62,852 nucleotides of DNA from Candidatus Omnitrophota bacterium (GTDB lineage Bacteria > Omnitrophota > Gorgyraeia > Gygaellales > Profunditerraquicolaceae). Made by a program: the position numbers and the translations under genes. Location of the stretch: the NCBI GenBank assembly GCA_041652635.1, contig JBAZGW010000001.1, positions 1-62,852 on the forward strand, read 5' to 3'. The notes under the pieces were generated by a model. That model made no database searches. It saw only the letters and a program-made list of their open reading frames with translations, and was not told where the DNA came from. Of the stretch, positions 34,333 to 42,341 are shown piece after piece; position 1 is the first letter of the stretch, and the number at the start of each line of letters is the position of its first letter.

Positions 34333-35550
34333 TCAAGAAATCTTCTCAGCCGCCGCTAAGCATCGGCTTACACCTGCTTTAATATTCCGCGCTTTGCTTA
34401 ATTTACGCCATTTAGCTAGCATTACACCGTCTTTCATTACAAAATACGAAGAACAAAGAAAATTCATTATCTCGAAACGCCTCCGTTTTTCCTTAGAGAT
34501 AATTTGCCCCGGCATTCCGGCCGCAGCAGTATAAGGCCTTCGGGAATACGGGAATATCTGAAAGAACACCTTATTTCTGCCCAACCACTCGGCCAGCTTT
34601 ATGGTTTCATAGAATTCGCTCCTGGTCTCGGATGGAAAACCGAGCATAACATCCGTTTCAAGGATAATTTGCGGATGCATAGCCAATATCTTACGGATTA
34701 CCTCTCTAAAGTCTTCTCCGGTATAAGGCCGGTTCATCAAACCCAAGATCCGGTTACTGGCGGATTGGACCGGAACATTTATGCGCCATATCACTCCTTT
34801 GCGCAAGAACCTCCCCAGGCGCGGCAATATCTCCTTCAATTTATCTGGAGTGATATTCGATATCGCGAATCTGGCGTCTTTGCATATCCGGTTAAGAACC
34901 ACCAGAAGTTCAACGATATCGGTATCTCTATCCGCTCCGTATGCTCCGGCCTCATTAGCCACCAACACGAACTTTTTATACCCACTGTTGACGGCATTAA
35001 CGTATTCGGCTGCTATTTCTGATTCCGGCCGGCTGCGCGGACTTCCAAAAACACGGCGGATAACACAATAACTGCATTTCCCACTGCAGCCCCAGCCGAT
35101 CCTTAGCATATAATCCTTTAATACATAACCGGGATTATAATACTCACTGCCGGGATTCCTCACTTTCGATCCTGAAGGCTTAACTAAAACAACGTCCTGA
35201 AGCCTGAACTTGCCGCCGACGGCGTCCTCTAACTCCGAAAAACGATCAGCCGGAATACAGGTGATATCTTTAAACGCCCGCTCGAGCCTGCCTTTATTGA
35301 TCGCCGGCAGGCAACCGGTGACGATCACCACGGCACTTTTCCTTTTTTCACTCCTGATCCATCTGATAATTAGCATCGCTTCATCTTCCCGCGCACGTAT
35401 GAAAGCACAGGTATAAACGATCACCAGCTCGGCTTCTTTTATATCAGTCGTGATCTTCCAGCCGTTACTGATAAGAAGACCACGCAGCAGATCAAAATCT
35501 GTCCGGGAAGAATAACAGCCGCTTGTTATGGTTATCAACGCCTTTTTCAT
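34333..35550 (-). CDS. MiaB/RimO-like radical-SAM methylthiotransferase family protein
   Basis: An N-terminal UPF0004-type domain with three Cys (TSGCYSS, VYTCAFI, VTGCLPA) is followed by the radical-SAM motif GCSGKCSYC. No obvious TRAM domain. Confidence 0.75.
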   Translation of the reverse strand: MKKALITITSGCYSSRTDFDLLRGLLISNGWKITTDIKEAELVIVYTCAFIRAREDEAMLIIRWIRSEKRKSAVVIVTGCLPAINKGRLERAFKDITCIPADRFSELEDAVGGKFRLQDVVLVKPSGSKVRNPGSEYYNPGYVLKDYMLRIGWGCSGKCSYCVIRRVFGSPRSRPESEIAAEYVNAVNSGYKKFVLVANEAGAYGADRDTDIVELLVVLNRICKDARFAISNITPDKLKEILPRLGRFLRKGVIWRINVPVQSASNRILGLMNRPYTGEDFREVIRKILAMHPQIILETDVMLGFPSETRSEFYETIKLAEWLGRNKVFFQIFPYSRRPYTAAAGMPGQIISKEKRRRFEIMNFLCSSYFVMKDGVMLAKWRKLSKARNIKAGVSRCLAAAEKIS

Positions 35551-36404
35551 CGGCTTTTCATCCTATAGTAAAACGTATATTTACCCGGCCTATCCGACCT
35601 TTGCGCGAAGATCAGACTATCCTTTAAATAATGCTTTTTATTAAGCGGGCAGAAGCTCTGGCAGATCCGGCAAGACAGCTTTTGCTCGAAGAAAGCATTA
35701 TTCCATAGTCCGCGCTCTTTAGCAAGACGCCCGATAAGCGCCGGTCTTGCTCCCACCCTGCTGCTGCCCCTGCAAAGGTCATTTTTTCCAGCCCGCAACG
35801 AATAATTGCCAATGATCCCGGCCGGACAATTACGAACGCATATATCGCATTTCTCACAGGCAGGATGCCCCTTAGGAAGAAGCGGCTTGCCCGGCCTCAG
35901 GGCTTCTTCGCTAAAAAGCGCCTGGATCTTCATATCTGAGCCGAAACGGCCGTTAATAAGCAGTGAATTCTTCCCGAACTGCCCCAAACCGGCATAATAA
36001 GCGATACTCTTCAAAAGAACGATTTTTTTAGCGGCGTCGTAATTACCGTAACGCGACCGTTCATGGCCGATGATATTATTCATATCCGCCTTACCGGCCC
36101 CATCCAGAAGATGCGTGCGCACCTTTAGCTTCTTCCAGATGATCTCTGCTACGGAAAGAACGATACTGTCCACCGAATAATCGAACCCTATCGGCGTAAA
36201 ATGCAACAAAGATATTATAGACCTGGTCCCGGGAAGTATTTCAGCCGGACGGGCGCTCCATCTTGGCCCTCCGTATATATCGGGTATATTACAAAAAAAC
36301 CTCTTCCCTTCTTCCAAATATCCCGGATCACAGACTCCAAGGACACAAATACTCTTAAGCGCTGCAGGTAGTATATCATAGATATCGGAAGCGCCGATCT
36401 TCAT
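35547..36404 (-). CDS. QueG / reductive-dehalogenase-like Fe-S protein
   Basis: AGLGQFGKNSLLI (QueG-family motif) plus two ferredoxin-type clusters, CEKCDICVRNCP and CRICQSFCP. ATGA overlaps on both sides. Confidence 0.65.
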   Translation of the reverse strand: MKIGASDIYDILPAALKSICVLGVCDPGYLEEGKRFFCNIPDIYGGPRWSARPAEILPGTRSIISLLHFTPIGFDYSVDSIVLSVAEIIWKKLKVRTHLLDGAGKADMNNIIGHERSRYGNYDAAKKIVLLKSIAYYAGLGQFGKNSLLINGRFGSDMKIQALFSEEALRPGKPLLPKGHPACEKCDICVRNCPAGIIGNYSLRAGKNDLCRGSSRVGARPALIGRLAKERGLWNNAFFEQKLSCRICQSFCPLNKKHYLKDSLIFAQRSDRPGKYTFYYRMKSR

Positions 36405-37630
36405 TTCTGCCAGCCTCGTATCCGCAATGAAAAACAGCCCTTAATTAACCGATACAGAATGAACAAAAAACGTATCCGGTATAACAACCTTGACTTCTTG
36501 GTATACGGCCTTAAGCCGTAATAATTGCAAAATTGCTCTTGCGGGATATTGATTATATACCTTACCGGCTCAAACAAACCGTCATACAACAGGAACTGGC
36601 TGAATAAATACCCGTTTTTTTCGCCGTCGGCTGCCGGCGCGCGGCGGGAATGCCGGTCTATGAAATTGGCGATCATTCTCTTCTTACAGCCGCTGAGCTT
36701 CAACCGCTCAAACACCCGGCCGCAGGTCAAGCCCGGCATAATAATATCAGCCTGGCATAAAGAGAAATACACGCTGGAACGCATTCTGCCTCGGAAGGAC
36801 TCTTTCAATATATAATCCCAATCAAACCCGCGTTCATATTTTTCCAAAAGAAGTTTCAGATCAAGGATATTCTTCAGGCATTGTATCTTGCCGAATCTAC
36901 GCAAATGCAATGCCAGGCAAAAAAAGGAATCTTCCGGAGAAGGAACGGCGAACCTTTGCCCCTGCGCATCTTCTATGGCTCTTTCCCGCTCCCAGATCCG
37001 CGGTAAGAGCTCCGGCCCGTTCCGTTTATAATCCAACATCCAATGCACTTCAAGGACCGGCGCCCGCGGGACGTCGATCCTGTGAAAAACCAGGTGGTAG
37101 TGCCGTTGTCTCCAATATTCTTTCTTTAATCCATGCAATTCCTGCCTGTAATTCAATCCAACCAAAACCCGCTCGGCACGGCAAAGATCAGCCTCCCGGA
37201 CCAGGATATCTATATCACTCATCGTCCTCGCGGGAGAAGATGAATACAGGTCGCTCAGTAATGCCACCCCTTTTAAGGGCAGAACGGCGATACCGGAACC
37301 CCGAAAAGCATCCGATACGCGTAAAAACTCTTTAGATAAAGACTGGCACCAAGCAAGACAACGATAATAATAATCCCGCATGGATGACATAACCTCCGGC
37401 GAAACCTGCAAATCATGGTTTTTAAGCGCCGGATAAACGACTGGGACCACTTCATGATACTCAGCCAAGCCCCTGAATTTGACCCAATCCAGCTGTTCCC
37501 AAGAATCTGCCTCAGGGCTTAACTTGCCATGCGCGATCGCGCCTTTAAGCAGATCAAGCAATAAACCATACTCCGGGGATATCTGCTTAATACGCAATAA
37601 TTCACGGCTCACGGGGAAACTTTCTGGCAT
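36401..37630 (-). CDS. nucleotidyltransferase-fold protein (uncharacterised NTP_transf_5-like family)
   Basis: 409 aa with a catalytic-looking ...ARTMSDIDILV... (S-D-x-D), a conserved later HWMLDY, and the size and architecture of the family found next to HprK-like kinases in peptide clusters. Confidence 0.6.
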   Translation of the reverse strand: MPESFPVSRELLRIKQISPEYGLLLDLLKGAIAHGKLSPEADSWEQLDWVKFRGLAEYHEVVPVVYPALKNHDLQVSPEVMSSMRDYYYRCLAWCQSLSKEFLRVSDAFRGSGIAVLPLKGVALLSDLYSSSPARTMSDIDILVREADLCRAERVLVGLNYRQELHGLKKEYWRQRHYHLVFHRIDVPRAPVLEVHWMLDYKRNGPELLPRIWERERAIEDAQGQRFAVPSPEDSFFCLALHLRRFGKIQCLKNILDLKLLLEKYERGFDWDYILKESFRGRMRSSVYFSLCQADIIMPGLTCGRVFERLKLSGCKKRMIANFIDRHSRRAPAADGEKNGYLFSQFLLYDGLFEPVRYIINIPQEQFCNYYGLRPYTKKSRLLYRIRFLFILYRLIKGCFSLRIRGWQK

Positions 37631-39089
37631 AGCGAAATATCTTCAGCCCTTCCATAACGGATGAATATTCCAGCATAAAATCTTGCGACATACGGGTATT
37701 CACCGATTCGGAATTCTCATCCATATTGCCGTCTCTGGCCCAATCCAAAGATATTACCCAGAACCGGTCGTATCCCAGCAGGCTGATCTTGTCCAAAGGA
37801 ATATTAACCGCGTCTTCCTGAAACGGCCTTTGCCAGGTAGTATCGGGATACTCCGGATCAAAGAAAAAGAACAGTGCCGCGTTTCTCTCTGCGCGGTAAA
37901 AAGAAAGTGACGGCATTATCGACTGATTGGTGATCGCCACGGCATCACCGGGCTTCACATTTTTATCCAGAAAATCGGCTATGGGCTTCACCGGTTTCTT
38001 GCTAAAAACCCCCATGTGATATTGCAGCGGCATCACCATCGTATCCGAAAAGAAACCATACAAACCGAGAAGAAGCAACGCGGAAAATAAAGACACGATT
38101 ATCCTTCTGCTTATCCCGCGCAGCAGAAAAATGCCGCCGGCAAGAAAGAGATAGAAATAAGGGCTAAAGATTATCAAGCCGCGGGTAAGATAAACGGGAA
38201 AAACAAAACGTGAAAAGAAAAAGATCATTATCACGGGGACAATAAATAAAAACACGGAAAAAAGGCACTCTCGCTTTTTATTGCGCAGCGCTTCTACTAA
38301 CGCCCGGAAGCACAATATGCCTGCCAACGCGACGCATAAGATAAACGGGTAAAAAAAAGAATTATACCCCAGGATAAAATTACCTATGGTTATAAAAGGA
38401 GCCTGCCAACCCGGGGCAGATATCCAGAAACCGTTCTTTACATAAATTAATTTAGCCAGGAATTTAGGCAAATAAAGGCTGAAAAAAGCAAAAAATACGA
38501 TCGAAGCGTAAAGAGCCTCTTTTATTTTTCGTAGATGAAGAAGATATAAAAACTGGCCTACTGCCAGGAAAAGCATGAAATAATTGGTATAGACCGCCAG
38601 AAGCAATGTCATTATAAATCCCAGGCGGGAACTTATTTTATTGTCCGCGGCGGTTCTAACGAGAAAAAATACCGAGGCCAGGCTTAAGAATAACGCCATG
38701 CTGTAATCTCTGGCCTCCTGCGCGTACCAAAGTTGGAACGGCGACAACCCCATTAAGAGAGCCGCGGTTACGGCGATTTTATCCCCAAAGGCGCGTTTTG
38801 CGGTTAAAAAAAGCAGGATTACGGAAAGAAAACTAAAGATCGCTGAAGGAAGCCTGAAGAAAAATTCCGTGAGCGGGAATATCTTTATCCAGAAATGCAG
38901 AAAGACCCAGTATAACGGCGCGTTCCAGTTCCCCCAGGGGTATTGCGCGTAACTTATACTGCCGATCTCATCATACCAAAGATCATGTTTCCCCAATCCG
39001 TAAACCCGCAGGACCAGAATAACCGCGAAGAACAACAAATAGCCGAACCTGCGCGGCATTGCGGCACGATCATTTACCGATATACCCAT
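37602..39089 (-). CDS. GT-C fold glycosyltransferase (ArnT/PMT, family 39/83-like)
   Basis: 495 aa with about 11 TM helices. The first periplasmic loop carries HDLWYDE (DE/DD motif), and a C-terminal soluble domain follows. Its stop overlaps the NTase start by 29 nt. Confidence 0.75.
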   Translation of the reverse strand: MGISVNDRAAMPRRFGYLLFFAVILVLRVYGLGKHDLWYDEIGSISYAQYPWGNWNAPLYWVFLHFWIKIFPLTEFFFRLPSAIFSFLSVILLFLTAKRAFGDKIAVTAALLMGLSPFQLWYAQEARDYSMALFLSLASVFFLVRTAADNKISSRLGFIMTLLLAVYTNYFMLFLAVGQFLYLLHLRKIKEALYASIVFFAFFSLYLPKFLAKLIYVKNGFWISAPGWQAPFITIGNFILGYNSFFYPFILCVALAGILCFRALVEALRNKKRECLFSVFLFIVPVIMIFFFSRFVFPVYLTRGLIIFSPYFYLFLAGGIFLLRGISRRIIVSLFSALLLLGLYGFFSDTMVMPLQYHMGVFSKKPVKPIADFLDKNVKPGDAVAITNQSIMPSLSFYRAERNAALFFFFDPEYPDTTWQRPFQEDAVNIPLDKISLLGYDRFWVISLDWARDGNMDENSESVNTRMSQDFMLEYSSVMEGLKIFRYARKFPREP

Positions 39090-39097
39090 AAATCCAT

Positions 39098-39760
39098 TTA
39101 CTCCGTTTCACGGCAAGAATTAAAAAGGAAATACGCGATGAACGCCGTCAGCAACAGCACTGCCGCGATAATTATCCAAAAGGACACCGGTTGCATGCGC
39201 GTTGAAAGCACTTTATATATCCCCCGCATACCGAAAAGAATAAACACGCAGGCGGCAAACCACTTGATCGCCCTATCCGGTAGATGCTTACGAATAATGA
39301 TACCGGCGACGATCCCGATAGCATCGGCGCTGATCATGCCCAAAGTAGTGCCAAGAAGCACATAAACGGCATTTCCGTATTCCACGGACAGACTGACCGT
39401 GGCCAGCTGAGTTTTATCGCCCATTTCCGCCAAAAAAAACGCGATAGCCACAGTGAACACCGGGCCGAAAGGCGAAGCGCCGGCAACTACTTTATCGATT
39501 TTGTCCCCTCTGATAGTCCATAGCCCGAAAATGATAAAAGAAAGCGCGGCAATGAATGATACAATATCCAGCGGGATCACCTTTGACAAGAACCTGCCGA
39601 AGGCTACCGCTAAAGAGTGGTTCAGCAATGTGGCCAGAAAAACGCCGATGAGGACCTTGAAAACGCTGTACTTGGCCGCAAACGCCATCGCCAATAACTG
39701 CGTCTTATCCCCCATTTCCGCCAGCGTGACAAAAATATAAGAAGCTAAAAAAACCGCCAT
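39098..39760 (-). CDS. UPF0016 / GDT1 (TMEM165) family cation (Mn2+/Ca2+) transporter
   Basis: Two copies of the family signature E-x-G-D-K-T (LAEMGDKTQL twice) in a 6-TM, 220-aa protein. Confidence 0.85.
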   Translation of the reverse strand: MAVFLASYIFVTLAEMGDKTQLLAMAFAAKYSVFKVLIGVFLATLLNHSLAVAFGRFLSKVIPLDIVSFIAALSFIIFGLWTIRGDKIDKVVAGASPFGPVFTVAIAFFLAEMGDKTQLATVSLSVEYGNAVYVLLGTTLGMISADAIGIVAGIIIRKHLPDRAIKWFAACVFILFGMRGIYKVLSTRMQPVSFWIIIAAVLLLTAFIAYFLFNSCRETE

Positions 39761-39806
39761 CGCAACCGGCCTTCAAAAAAAGATATCTTTATTCCGCAAC
39801 TCATCC

Positions 39807-40484
39807 TTATTTACCCTGCTTATTCTTCCTTCTCACCAGCCATTTTATGAATTCTCCGAAAAGATCTATCATTCCCAGCAAGAAACTAAGAATGATCAGC
39901 CAGATTATCCTGGCATCGATCTTTTCCTTCTCCACCAGAAGCTCGTCTTTAAGATGAAAGGCGATCACGAGCACGATCATCCAGATAAATAGTTTGTATT
40001 CCTGGCTTTTGATCAGCCGCTTGAAACTGAACGGCCATTTCTCGCCCTTTGGGTAAGGCCGGAATGACGGGAATATCGCCGGCACGCTTTTTTTATAATC
40101 AAGGAAAGCCTGTTTAAAATTATTCTCCAATAACTGTTCCTCTTTTCTGATAGTGCGCAGATATACCGCCAGCATCCCCACAAAGAATACCGCCCCGATG
40201 TAATAAATATTCAACATTATCACAAAACCGCAGAACAAAAGCATCGTCCCCAGGTAAAGAGGGTGCCGCACGAACGCATAGGGGCCTGAAGTGGTAAGCT
40301 TCTCAGATTTGATCGCGTAACCGTTGGCCCAGGACCGCAGAAGCAGACCCAGAATAATGATCCCCAGTCCGTATCTTATGGAAATGTCGCTGGAGTTGGC
40401 GTAAATGATCACTAAAACCCCGAAGGGATATAATAACGCGAAGCGCAGTTTAAAACTCCGTTTAATACGTTGCTTGATATTCAT
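39807..40484 (-). CDS. isoprenylcysteine carboxyl methyltransferase (ICMT)/phospholipid methyltransferase family membrane protein
   Basis: TSGPYAFVRHPLYLGTML motif in a polytopic 225-aa protein. Confidence 0.75.
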   Translation of the reverse strand: MNIKQRIKRSFKLRFALLYPFGVLVIIYANSSDISIRYGLGIIILGLLLRSWANGYAIKSEKLTTSGPYAFVRHPLYLGTMLLFCGFVIMLNIYYIGAVFFVGMLAVYLRTIRKEEQLLENNFKQAFLDYKKSVPAIFPSFRPYPKGEKWPFSFKRLIKSQEYKLFIWMIVLVIAFHLKDELLVEKEKIDARIIWLIILSFLLGMIDLFGEFIKWLVRRKNKQGK

Positions 40485-40498
40485 TTGTTCCTTTCTTT

Positions 40499-41950
40499 CT
40501 ATGGCTTTTCAAGCGCGATCATCCTTAAGCACTTTGTCCTGTTTAATAAAGAGCCTTTTCGGGAGCCTTCTCCCAGTTCCAATCCCGTCACCGCCACCCG
40601 GTTTATCAGCCTCACTTCATCCTCTCCCCGGGGACCTTTTACGCGGTACGCCCAGGCGTCATGGATGGCGTAAGGACGCCCGTTATCCATACCGAGGAAA
40701 AGCATAATATGCCCGTTCAGGCAAATGGTGGTGATCCCTCCCGGAACTTTCCGGCTGAACCAGACGGCTTTATCATCAACCGGCTCTCCGGAGGCGCCGG
40801 CAAGCAATACTCCGACTTGCGCCTGCGCCGCCGAATTCCGGGGCAATTTTATCCCCATCACGGAGAACACCTCCCTGATGAACTGCGAACAATCCTGTTC
40901 CCCGTACATCCCGCCCCATCCATACGGGGTATTCAACAATTTGAATGCCTGCCTGATAGCGTTGCGCGGCGTATAAGGCAGGTATCCGCGGCTGACATCA
41001 TCGCCGGCGATATAGCCGGGGACTCTCTTCAAAGAACTGTCCGGGTTACGGCAAAAAAGAACGACCTCCGCCGCCAAAGGAGTGCTCTCCTTCAGAATAA
41101 ACCTGTCGCCCATACGGGCATAATCATAATATTCCGTAAGCCCCGGATCCAGATAAATATCCGTCCGCGCGGAGGTCACTACCACAAATGCGTCGTTGCC
41201 GTCCGGCTCCTCTATCTCATTTCGGGCGCAAAAAGCCGTCTTATCGGCTTCGACCCATCCGCTGGAGACTGAAGAAGAGACATAATACCATTTCCCGTCG
41301 CGGCTGGCGTGCAGAACGGCCACGGGAGTTCCTGGAGCCAAAGAACTATTCTGTAATTCATCGAAATCAAAATCAAAGGGCAGTTCATTCAATCCATCCT
41401 CAACGGGCAGGAGGCGTTGGTCGGCGTTATTAACCATATACGCGAAACGCACGGCTATATCGCCTTCAAGCCCGGAGAAATCCATATTTGCTTCAATCCG
41501 CGAATAAAACCCGGCGGCGGCTGGGAGCCCGTCTTTACTGTAATAACGGCCGGAACGGAAATGCCGCAGTTGTCCGAGCAAAGAGTTTTGAAGCGTTTTT
41601 CCCGGAATAAGTTCCGGAAAAACCGACAGATCGTCGTTCACGCCCGTCATCTCGCGGATATAAGCATTCAATTTCGCGATGCCGGAATAATCAAGTATCA
41701 ACTTATCCGGATAAGGATGCCTTTTTATCCAGTAACCGGCCGTCTTCATCGCCATGGTTGTTCCAGGGAGTAAAGAGGGAGCGGAGAAATATGTCCGGCC
41801 GCGGCGGTAATCGTGATTTTCCGAAACGCTCTGCGGCCCGGCAATTTCAAGGGAAGACCCGGGAGCAACGGTCCGATTGACGGCGCACCCGAAAAATAAA
41901 GAAACCGCGGACGTAAGAACAATGTATGACCGTAAACCGTGTTTAAACAT
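40499..41950 (-). CDS. NlpC/P60-family lipoprotein with SH3-like domains
   Basis: Lipobox ...SLFFGC. The C-terminal catalytic domain has PYGWGGMYGEQDCSQFIREVF (Cys nucleophile) and ...GHIMLFLG...HD (His). Confidence 0.8.
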   Translation of the reverse strand: MFKHGLRSYIVLTSAVSLFFGCAVNRTVAPGSSLEIAGPQSVSENHDYRRGRTYFSAPSLLPGTTMAMKTAGYWIKRHPYPDKLILDYSGIAKLNAYIREMTGVNDDLSVFPELIPGKTLQNSLLGQLRHFRSGRYYSKDGLPAAAGFYSRIEANMDFSGLEGDIAVRFAYMVNNADQRLLPVEDGLNELPFDFDFDELQNSSLAPGTPVAVLHASRDGKWYYVSSSVSSGWVEADKTAFCARNEIEEPDGNDAFVVVTSARTDIYLDPGLTEYYDYARMGDRFILKESTPLAAEVVLFCRNPDSSLKRVPGYIAGDDVSRGYLPYTPRNAIRQAFKLLNTPYGWGGMYGEQDCSQFIREVFSVMGIKLPRNSAAQAQVGVLLAGASGEPVDDKAVWFSRKVPGGITTICLNGHIMLFLGMDNGRPYAIHDAWAYRVKGPRGEDEVRLINRVAVTGLELGEGSRKGSLLNRTKCLRMIALEKP

Positions 41951-41986
41951 AGTTGTAGTCGTCCACGGCGGCTAAAAAGCTGCCGT

Positions 41987-42316
41987 TCAGGCGCTCTTAA
42001 GCTGATTTTCCAGCTGCTGTAGTCTGGCCCGCTCTTCGCCAAGGTACCATTGAGTTTCATTCAACTGCTGTTTCAAATTGTGGATATCCTCCGTCATGCG
42101 ACTGATATGATTTTCCTTATCCAGAAGATCCTGTTCAATCTTCTGCCTCCTGGACTTTTCCTCCCCCAAATACCATTGCGCTTCACTAAGCCGGCTGCGC
42201 ATAAGTTCGGTTCCGGAAACATCCATTTGTTCGGTAAGCTTACGCAAATCCTCCGCGGTCACCAGCAGGTTCTTAATGCTTTGTTCAAGTTTCTCTTGAA
42301 TATTATCCTCCATCAC
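41987..42316 (-). CDS. coiled-coil protein with an internal duplication
   Basis: 109 aa with heptad-rich sequence. It contains two related segments, SEAQWYLGEEKSRRQKIEQDL and NETQWYLGEERARLQQLENQL. Confidence 0.45.
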   Translation of the reverse strand: MMEDNIQEKLEQSIKNLLVTAEDLRKLTEQMDVSGTELMRSRLSEAQWYLGEEKSRRQKIEQDLLDKENHISRMTEDIHNLKQQLNETQWYLGEERARLQQLENQLKSA

Positions 42317-42341
42317 TTCCTCCTCCCTCCTGTATTACGAT

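Noticed and set aside
17072-37630. A lasso-peptide cluster interpretation (PqqD/B1, HprK-like kinase, nucleotidyltransferase and PP-loop proteins that could be mistaken for Asn-synthetase-like lasso cyclases).
   Set aside because: There is no transglutaminase-like B2 protease. The PP-loop proteins are short (about 380-470 aa) and lack the N-terminal glutaminase-like domain of lasso cyclases. The candidate core has no Asp or Glu to form the macrolactam.
39761-39806. A yybP-ykoY (Mn2+) riboswitch in front of the GDT1/UPF0016 exporter.
   Set aside because: The spacer is only 46 nt, far too short for that riboswitch, and shows none of its conserved loops.
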